Of a DNA stretch of 39,144 nucleotides, positions 13,628-20,703 are shown piece after piece. The DNA is from Bigelowiella natans CCMP2755. Taxonomy: Eukaryota > Protista > Cercozoa. The DNA lies in contig ADNK01001969.1 in the NCBI GenBank assembly GCA_000320545.1, forward strand, positions 1-39,144, written 5' to 3'. How positions within the stretch are numbered: position 1 is the first letter of the stretch; each line of letters begins with the position of its first letter. The position numbers and the translations under genes are program-made. The notes under the pieces were generated by a model. That model worked only from the letters and a program-made list of their open reading frames with translations. It was not told the DNA's origin and ran no database searches.

Positions 13628-14132
13628 CTGAAATTTGTGGAATCAATGCGGTTTTTGCCCAAAAAACATTCAGAGACTATGTCGCGAAAGGTGATCACAC
13701 CAAAGTTCCAAACCAGTGGCGTTGCGGTCGGTTGCTTTTCGTCAAGGCTACGTTACCAATTCACTCCGAGCGACACGCACTGTTCGGTCGATTCTGAAGA
13801 AAGGATAGTGCATTCTGCGAGGAACCGCTTAAATGCCGATTTTCCCAGCGTGATTCGGAGCTTCTCAGTGCAGCACGTTGCGCGTTCACCCTGCTCCAAA
13901 TGCATGTCATTTTACCCAGAAATGGAGCATACTTCCAAGAATACGGAGAAAATGCACACGGGCAAAAAATGGATCATCGGCACTAACCTCAGCTGCACAT
14001 GTCAGGCACGGTCTAGGGTTTGCTTCGAGATCACAAATGGTTTTGCCACAGATTGCTTGTCGTTGCGCACCAACGAACTGTGCGACTCCAAAGAAGACAA
14101 AGACAACGATGAAAAACTGCACTTCCAAAGCA

Positions 14133-14458
14133 TGTTGCGCGTAAGGTGTTCACAGGCCGAGGCGCTACGTGCACAAGTAGGCAGGGGGGGGGGAAGGCAC
14201 GTTTGCTTCCTTTTGAAGAGTTGTGTTTATTTTTATTAAAGATTATATTTTTATTAAATCGTGCACTGCGTAATCATTCGCGAAGCTTTCGCGAATGCCG
14301 CCGCACGTGGGGCAGCACACTTCCGGTGTGCTGCCATGAGTCCCGCCGGAACCCACGTGCCCATGCTGTATTAATATCTACGTTATCTATATTCTATATC
14401 CGCGACAACCCCTTTGTTGTCGCACGTGACTTGTGCCCGCGTAGTGGTACGCGCTACA
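14133..14458 (-). repeat. 3' LTR (326 bp)
   Basis: TGTTGCGCGTA...TACGCGCTACA is an 11-bp terminal inverted repeat with one mismatch. Matches 19860-20185 except G10AA vs G9AAA. Several minus-strand AATAAA at ~14226-14255. Confidence 0.97.
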
Positions 14459-14466
14459 CCTCCCCC
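14459..14466 (-). other. 3' polypurine tract GGGGGAGG
   Basis: Abuts the TG of the 3' LTR on the sense strand, preceded by a GGAA-rich stretch (14479-14502). Confidence 0.85.
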
Positions 14467-14509
14467 AAGTCACGTTGCTCCTTCCTTCCTTCCTTATTCC
14501 CTTAGACCT

Positions 14510-14890
14510 TCATCGCTTTCGGAACTTCACCAACCACCAGGTAATAGATTCCTCTCTAACCTTATCTCCTTTGTCGCTTACCCAGAACTCACCTTCGTCC
14601 TTAGGTTCGTGTCCATACCAGCCCTCTGCATCAAGGTCCCCCAGGACCTTATACCAGTGCTCAAAGGGTAAGTCGGGAACAGCTAGGTAGAGTAGCTGAT
14701 ATTTTCCGTCCTTTATTTTCATAGCTACCCTCTCCATATTTCGTAATCCAGGGTAGCCTAGATAGACAATCTTCATGCGCCAATCGTCGTTCACCCTGAC
14801 CTTATTGTTTCCATATTCCACATCGAACTTAGGTCGGGGTCCTAAACAAGGCATTGCTCGCTCCCACACAGTAGGGTTTACTTTAACATC
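14510..14890 (-). CDS. C-terminal Pol extension, putative degenerate Dam-like (N6-adenine MTase-fold) domain; cut off from Pol in this copy by the 338-bp duplication
   Basis: VNPTVWERAMPCLGPRPKFDV..N..DDW..IVYLGYPG..MERVAMKIK..LYLAVPDLPFEHWYKVL follows the order and spacing of DIRS MT motifs. It is in frame with IN once one repeat unit is removed. Confidence 0.6.
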   Translation of the reverse strand, partial: DVKVNPTVWERAMPCLGPRPKFDVEYGNNKVRVNDDWRMKIVYLGYPGLRNMERVAMKIKDGKYQLLYLAVPDLPFEHWYKVLGDLDAEGWYGHEPKDEGEFWVSDKGDKVREESITWWLVKFRKR

Positions 14891-15509
14891 CTCTAGGAGC
14901 TTCTCACCGATATCATAATTCTTTAGGTGACTGATGTGGCGCAAGGTGACCCTGTTCCCATCATAGATGTAGTACTGCTTCCTCCCCTTCCTCTCGGTAA
15001 CCTTTGCAACGCCACCCCAGAAGGGGTCTTGTTTATTTCTCGATCTCAGATTTACCTTGGCCCTAACATACTGTCCTTCCTTTAGAACTCGGCCATCGTA
15101 CGGGACCTTCTCGTCTTCGCTCTCGGTATCGTCGTCGTTGTCGTCGCCTTCTTCCCTCTCCTTATCCTTGATCGGGGTCCTAAACAAGGCATTGCTCGCT
15201 CCCACACAGTAGGGTTTACTTTAACATCCTCTAGGAGCTTCTCACCGATATCATAATTCTTTAGGTGACTGATGTGGCGCAAGGTGACCCTGTTCCCATC
15301 ATAGATGTAGTACTGCTTCCTCCCCTTCCTCTCGGTAACCTTTGCAACGCCACCCCAGAAGGGGTCTTGTTTATTTCTCGATCTCAGATTTACCTTGGCC
15401 CTAACATACTGTCCTTCCTTTAGAACTCGGCCATCGTACGGGACCTTCTCGTCTTCGCTCTCGGTATCGTCGTCGTTGTCGTCGCCTTCTTCCCTCTCCT
15501 TATCCTTGA
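14834..15509. repeat. Exact tandem duplication, 2 x 338 bp (14834-15171, 15172-15509)
   Basis: TCGGGGTCCTAAACAAGG begins at both 14834 and 15172. The same peptide IKDKEREEG...MPCLGPR appears in both ORFs. Confidence 0.95.
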
Positions 15510-17046
15510 TACCTCCCCCAGACGTGAAGGTGTCGTTTACTAACCCTTGTATCTTGTCTGGTGTGGTGCTATTTATCCTGCTTAGGTTGGCCAAGGTGCG
15601 GTGGAGTCGCTCTACCTTGGAGTTGGACTGGGCATAGTATACAGGTGAGGCATCAATATTAGGGTGTGGTAGCTGTAGAAGAGAGGTCTCATTATCCACA
15701 TGTAACTTCTTTGGTATCTTGTTTATGCTAACTTCATCAGGGATAGCCTGGAGCTCAGACTCCCAGGTACGGTAGCAGTTAGTAAGCCTCTGCTTATATA
15801 AGCCTTTGTTCTTCTTAGCAACGTTGACCTTGATAATCTTTTTAACCCAGCACTTTCCAGTGGCCACATCAACGAAGGTAAGGTAGTGATAGCCATCGTA
15901 CTTATAAACATCAATTTGCACGATATCTAAGAAGTTCCTTGCTTTGATTTTCTTAGATGCACGGCTCTTGCTGGACTCCTTGGTGGCGACGCCTGCCGCC
16001 TTCAAGCTGGAGCACCTGCAGCCACGCAGGTATGTCCTTATCTCTTTTAGCTTGTAGGGCCAGTAGTAATGGTAGAGTAGAGCAGTGATATGGTTTTCTC
16101 CTACGTGTGCAGGTCCATGGGCGGTAAAGAGAAGGGCTCCCCTGGTCCGCCGTGGCACGTAGGTACGCCTAACATTATTAGTGTATACATATATCCTATC
16201 ACTAAGTACCTCATGCTTGTGTTTGTATTTATCCAGGTGTTCTTGAAGGTGCTGGAGCTCCTCTGGCTCAGGCAGGAAGTCGCCGTCCTCGAAGGTAATC
16301 GCGTTAACCATAGGGGTGACCTGGGTAGGGACTTTCTTTTCGAACAGCCTGCTGAAATAGTCAGCAAGCTGCTTGTCTCCTGGTGCGTAGACCACTGTCC
16401 TCTTGTCCCTAAACTCTTCCGTGTCCGCCCTCATAGCTGCATACTCATCGTTAGGCGCTTCGAGCTTGCGGTCGATGCCTAGGAGGGGCTTGTGGTCAGT
16501 CATTAAGGTGAAGCTGGGCACCGACAGCAGGTAGTATCTTAGTTTCCTCTGCGCCTCAGTCATGGCTTTATACTCTCCTTTTGTAGGGCTGTACTTGGCC
16601 TCAGCTGCTGTGCAGGCCCTGCCCCACACCCGTATGATCTGCTGGTCTTGGGTAAGTACAGCAGCCATACCTAGCTTAGACCAGTCTGTCCATAGGGTAG
16701 CTGGTCTAGTAGTGTCTAGCTTAGCATTCAATAGGGTGTTGCTGCATAACTTTATTAGGTTATCGAAGTGGGCATCAAGGCCAGCCTTGGCCCACACCTT
16801 AGCGAAGCTGAGGCCTACAGAGTTCTCCTTCCGGTAAGCAGTAGTAAAAGCAGCTGCAGTCCTAGCGTAGGTAGGGGAGAACCTACGTAGTATCCAAGCT
16901 GCAGTCTGCAAGAATGACTTTAACTCCTTTGCATTCTTAGGTTTAGGGGCTTGCTGTAGTGCTGCTACTTTCTCGGGGTTTGGGGTGATGCGGCCTTGCT
17001 CCAGGTAATATCCACACCACTTGATTTTGTAGCTAGGAATGTACAC
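15082..17046 (-). CDS. Pol continuation: RT thumb, RNase H, integrase (zinc finger, DDE core, SH3/GPY-like CTD)
   Basis: RNase H TDWS..GMAAVL, YSPTKGE, TDHKPL, ADYFSR. Integrase HGPAH..YWP..CRC, QID, VDVAT, HVDN, QSNSKVER, KQDPFWGG..RHISHLK. Confidence 0.95.
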   Translation of the reverse strand: MYIPSYKIKWCGYYLEQGRITPNPEKVAALQQAPKPKNAKELKSFLQTAAWILRRFSPTYARTAAAFTTAYRKENSVGLSFAKVWAKAGLDAHFDNLIKLCSNTLLNAKLDTTRPATLWTDWSKLGMAAVLTQDQQIIRVWGRACTAAEAKYSPTKGEYKAMTEAQRKLRYYLLSVPSFTLMTDHKPLLGIDRKLEAPNDEYAAMRADTEEFRDKRTVVYAPGDKQLADYFSRLFEKKVPTQVTPMVNAITFEDGDFLPEPEELQHLQEHLDKYKHKHEVLSDRIYVYTNNVRRTYVPRRTRGALLFTAHGPAHVGENHITALLYHYYWPYKLKEIRTYLRGCRCSSLKAAGVATKESSKSRASKKIKARNFLDIVQIDVYKYDGYHYLTFVDVATGKCWVKKIIKVNVAKKNKGLYKQRLTNCYRTWESELQAIPDEVSINKIPKKLHVDNETSLLQLPHPNIDASPVYYAQSNSKVERLHRTLANLSRINSTTPDKIQGLVNDTFTSGGGIKDKEREEGDDNDDDTESEDEKVPYDGRVLKEGQYVRAKVNLRSRNKQDPFWGGVAKVTERKGRKQYYIYDGNRVTLRHISHLKNYDIGEKLLEDVKVNPTVWERAMPCLGPRSRIRRGKKATTTTTIPRAKTRRSRTMAEF

Positions 17047-19820
17047 TTCTGCAGTCTAATAGTAAAACCGAAGTGTGCAAACCTAATAAATATATTTTCC
17101 AGGAGGAAGATCTGAGCGACGACTGTGTTGGTACATATTATGTCATCATCCACATACACAAACACAAACACCCACAACACAGACGCCATCCCATCATGTG
17201 TGTATGCCCTGTAGTTCTGACTACTGAACGCATCCCCTGATATGCTTAGGCCGTAAGGGAATACGACGAAGTGCCACTTCCTGTGCCTGCTGGAGAACGC
17301 GGTAATGGGGCGGGAGGTTTTGTGGATGGGTGTCTGCATGTATGATTCATTTTTATCTAGGGAAGAGTAGTATTTGTATCCTATGACGTGTTCAATAACG
17401 TCATCTATCCTTGGTGTAGGTGTCTGGATCCTCTTTATTACTCGGTTGTGGCGGATGAAGTTGTGCGCCAGGCGGAAGAAAGGGTAAGTAGGTTTCTTAG
17501 CTAGCACATGTCTCACGTTCCATGGTGAGTTGCTTGGCTCTATCTTCCCTTCCTTTGCCCATTCATTGATCTGCCACTCTATCTTTTCCCAGTCCGCTTC
17601 CGGTCGCCTATGTTCTGGGTCATTGATGATGCACTCTTCGTATCCCTTCTTTAGCTCGATCTTTACTGGGGTAAGCTTGCTGGAGGGCTTCGTCGTCGGC
17701 TTGGTGATGTCAGAGTACTTCTCGTTTAATATTTTATTAATGTACTTTTTGCCTTTGTCGATATCCCAATCATCAGCTGGGGGGGTCTTGTCCAGTAGCT
17801 CCGTTATCTGTCGGATGGTCTTGCCGGGGTTCTTCTTCCGTAGCTCGGTAGGTGTAGGTAGCTTGTTGTCCGCTAGGTCCATAAACTCTAACGCATTAAC
17901 GCTTGACTCAGAGGTCCACTCGTCAAGCCGTATCATGTTCTGGCTGATGGTCCTGCCTGACTTCTTTGGCAACTTAGCAAAGTATATCTTGTGATTGTAG
18001 AATGATATGATCCCCCCTAATTTTTCTAGGGCATCCTGTCCGAGGAGTAGTTCCATGGATAAAGTCATGGCTACTCGGGTCTTGATTTGGGTCTCCGCGT
18101 CGCTGCCAGGTATCTGTAGCTTTAGCATTAGCTCACCGACGGTCTTCATGGAAGAGCTTCCGTCTGCTTGAGCATATTTACGTTCTTTCTTAGTCACTTG
18201 ATCCAATAGTCCTAACCTTCTTACTGTGCTTAGGCTTATGAAGGACTTCGGCATGCTGCCACTATCCCAAAGGGCAGGTAGTTTCTTGTAGTCTCCGTAG
18301 CTGTCTTTAACTTTAACCTTGGTCATAGCAACTTTGATAGTCCTGTTAGCGTCTTCGTCATTAATGTTGCATACTCCTAAGTTCTTTATGTCGTCTAGGG
18401 TCATGGGCTTGTCTTGGTCCTGCGTTGCTGGTACTGCTGTCTTCGTCGGCGCCTGCTTAAGGTGATCTAATATTCCGTTTATCTGCTGCTGTATAGCATT
18501 GATACTGTTCTGCTTTTTGTTCTTATATTTATTGTTCTTCCCGTTGTTGCTGCCTTGCCATTTGCTGTTGTTATATCCTTGTCCTCTGCCTTTCTTTCTC
18601 TTTAACTTCTCGTAGTGTTCGTTGAGCTGCCTGATCGTCATCCTGGGTCGTCCTTCTTTCCTGTCTCTGCAGTCTTTAGCGGTGTGTTTCCCTTTACGTG
18701 AGCAGTATCCGCAACGTCGGTTACCTTCCCTGTCCTTGTACCAGTCTCGCTGCGGCTTAATAGCGTTAATGTTTCCTATGCCAGGTACCTTAGGGCTGGT
18801 AAACTTGCGGTCCTGCTCCTGCTCGCGTAGGGATATAGCCTGCACTGCTGCCTCCATCGTGGTGTAGCCTTTCTCCGTAACGTAAGTGGATTCCTTTATC
18901 TTTAACTTGAACTCTTCAAACCTTGCCTGATCATCACCTGTGTTGTAATTAAAATCATGTAGTTCGTCGATCATATCCTGGAAGCGCGTGGCAAAGTCTC
19001 TAACAGGTTCTCTCTCATGCTGCATCATTGCTCTGTATTTTCTAATAGCCTGGGGTAGGGAGTTAGCATCCTGTTCATTTACAAAAGCCTTCATTATCGC
19101 CTCAACGTCTCGTAGCCCACTAACTGTAGTGTGTATTTTCTCTAGCTGCCTGATCCGGGTCCTGCCTGTCTCGTAAAGGTCCATGGCTTGCTTTATTATA
19201 GCTAGCCATTTGAGCTTGTCGTTTTCGGTGGGGTTAGGGGTAAAGTCGCAGAGTATACTCCTAGCGTTCTTCCACCACCTCCTTGCCTCACCTCTTTTCC
19301 CGTTGTATTTCGTTATCATAACCGGTGCTGTTTTAACAGACATGAACTGGGTGTTCCGCTGTACCGGCTGCTGCTGCTTGACGGTGCTCTGGGTCGTCCC
19401 CCGCGAGGCGCCCAGACCCCCGTCGTTCCTAAACAAAGCTGCCCACTCTGGAGGTAAGTCTGCTTCGTAATCCATGATGTCCTGCATGATAGCTGCCCAA
19501 ACATCATGTGTCTGATACTTGTATTCTATCGATACTTTCAGTTTGGCGTAGTTGCTCGCCCTGGGTCGCAAGGCTCGTAATGCCATTACGACCTTCTTGC
19601 TTTCGGCGGCCACGTCCTCGTCGTCCGCCTCGTAGAAGTTCTCCAGTGCCTCTGCTGCTGCATCTGCTTTCTTAATCCCGGGTGCTGGTCCCGGCGGTGC
19701 CTGTGGAGGTGTTCCTCCTCCTTCCTTAGCGTCCGTATCGCCCTTCCTTTCCTGTTTCTGCTCGTGCCCTTGCACGGCCTGCGAGCCAAAGTCCTGCTGT
19801 TCTTCTAGCTGCTGTGACAT
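16965..19820 (-). CDS. Gag-protease-reverse transcriptase part of the polyprotein
   Basis: Zinc knuckle CGYCSRKGKHTAKDC, protease ALWDSGS...LLLGQDAL, RT SPWN/LDKNESYMQ/TAF/FPYGL/YVDD/KCTF. No stop between gag and pol. Leaves the true frame at ~17025. Confidence 0.95.
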   Translation of the reverse strand: MSQQLEEQQDFGSQAVQGHEQKQERKGDTDAKEGGGTPPQAPPGPAPGIKKADAAAEALENFYEADDEDVAAESKKVVMALRALRPRASNYAKLKVSIEYKYQTHDVWAAIMQDIMDYEADLPPEWAALFRNDGGLGASRGTTQSTVKQQQPVQRNTQFMSVKTAPVMITKYNGKRGEARRWWKNARSILCDFTPNPTENDKLKWLAIIKQAMDLYETGRTRIRQLEKIHTTVSGLRDVEAIMKAFVNEQDANSLPQAIRKYRAMMQHEREPVRDFATRFQDMIDELHDFNYNTGDDQARFEEFKLKIKESTYVTEKGYTTMEAAVQAISLREQEQDRKFTSPKVPGIGNINAIKPQRDWYKDREGNRRCGYCSRKGKHTAKDCRDRKEGRPRMTIRQLNEHYEKLKRKKGRGQGYNNSKWQGSNNGKNNKYKNKKQNSINAIQQQINGILDHLKQAPTKTAVPATQDQDKPMTLDDIKNLGVCNINDEDANRTIKVAMTKVKVKDSYGDYKKLPALWDSGSMPKSFISLSTVRRLGLLDQVTKKERKYAQADGSSSMKTVGELMLKLQIPGSDAETQIKTRVAMTLSMELLLGQDALEKLGGIISFYNHKIYFAKLPKKSGRTISQNMIRLDEWTSESSVNALEFMDLADNKLPTPTELRKKNPGKTIRQITELLDKTPPADDWDIDKGKKYINKILNEKYSDITKPTTKPSSKLTPVKIELKKGYEECIINDPEHRRPEADWEKIEWQINEWAKEGKIEPSNSPWNVRHVLAKKPTYPFFRLAHNFIRHNRVIKRIQTPTPRIDDVIEHVIGYKYYSSLDKNESYMQTPIHKTSRPITAFSSRHRKWHFVVFPYGLSISGDAFSSQNYRAYTHDGMASVLWVFVFVYVDDDIICTNTVVAQIFLLENIFIRFAHFGFTIRLQKCTFLATKSSGVDITWSKAASPQTPRK

Positions 19821-19836
19821 TGTTAGTCAAATCGTT

Positions 19837-19854
19837 TCCCGTGTGTGGAAGCCA
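19837..19854 (-). other. Primer binding site TGGCTTCCACACACGGGA
   Basis: Starts TGG 5 nt inside the 5' LTR. The complement reads as a tRNA 3' end (..UCCCGUGUGUGGAAG-CCA; C61, A72, G73). tRNA identity not determined. Confidence 0.8.
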
Positions 19855-19859
19855 AAGGT

Positions 19860-20185
19860 TGTTGCGCGTAAGGTGTTCACAGGCCGAGGCGCTACGTGCA
19901 CAAGTAGGCAGGGGGGGGGAAAGGCACGTTTGCTTCCTTTTGAAGAGTTGTGTTTATTTTTATTAAAGATTATATTTTTATTAAATCGTGCACTGCGTAA
20001 TCATTCGCGAAGCTTTCGCGAATGCCGCCGCACGTGGGGCAGCACACTTCCGGTGTGCTGCCATGAGTCCCGCCGGAACCCACGTGCCCATGCTGTATTA
20101 ATATCTACGTTATCTATATTCTATATCCGCGACAACCCCTTTGTTGTCGCACGTGACTTGTGCCCGCGTAGTGGTACGCGCTACA
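19860..20185 (-). repeat. 5' LTR (326 bp)
   Basis: Direct repeat of 14133-14458, adjacent to the PBS. Confidence 0.97.
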
Positions 20186-20703
20186 TTTGCCTTTGAATTC
20201 AAGTGAATGCGAGTCTTGACTTGAATCTTCAACCTTGAACCTTCTTCGAGCACTGTCCCCGCTGCGTTGAGCACCTTCTCACTCCGCTTTCCCAGCTAGC
20301 CAGCCACTTGAGGCTCGTCCAAACTTCCAGCAGTGCGTTCATGCAACGCGAACCTTGTCACGAAACCCAACGGCCACCGCGCACCTGTGTTCACGTCAAG
20401 CTGGCATGTTGGCATGGGCATGCAAGACTGTCTAGCTGTGTGTGCGTTGCAGCATTTTCACGTGTGTCTGATGAGACAGTCAATCACTTGGATTGCTAGA
20501 TTGCTTGTCTTGCATCGTCAATTGCGCGCGGCACGTGCAGTCATGTAGCTGATCGATGCACGCAATCACATTGCTAGATTTCATGAGCCACATTTCATTT
20601 GGTAACTGTGATTGCATTTCTTTCACTTGTTTTGCAGGCGCGATTTCATTAGCAGCAAATGAAGTTAGAACACAGTTTGATTTGATGGGAGACTACTAGC
20701 TTG

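Larger units (their letters stand above)
14133..20185 (-). mobile_element. Ty3/Gypsy-order LTR retrotransposon, full length, recent insertion
   Basis: Two 326-bp direct repeats with TG...CA ends, a PBS, a PPT and domain order Gag(zinc knuckle)-PR-RT-RNaseH-IN. Confidence 0.97.

Noticed and set aside
13616-14239. 207-aa plus-strand ORF running into the LTR
   Set aside because: No recognisable domain. TpA depletion removes TAA/TAG stops, and splice signals favour the minus strand.
14510-15205. Separate env-like or ORF3 gene
   Set aside because: Its first half is the duplicated integrase CTD. There is no signal peptide or TM segment, so it is the displaced Pol C-terminus.
14133-20185. DIRS/Ngaro classification (MT-like domain, no TSD)
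   Set aside because: The element has direct TG..CA LTRs, PBS, PPT, protease and a DDE integrase, and no tyrosine recombinase motifs were seen.
19843-20196. ~117-aa antisense ORFs in both LTRs (also 14146-14505)
   Set aside because: GTG starts, no homology cues, and duplicated only because the LTR is duplicated.
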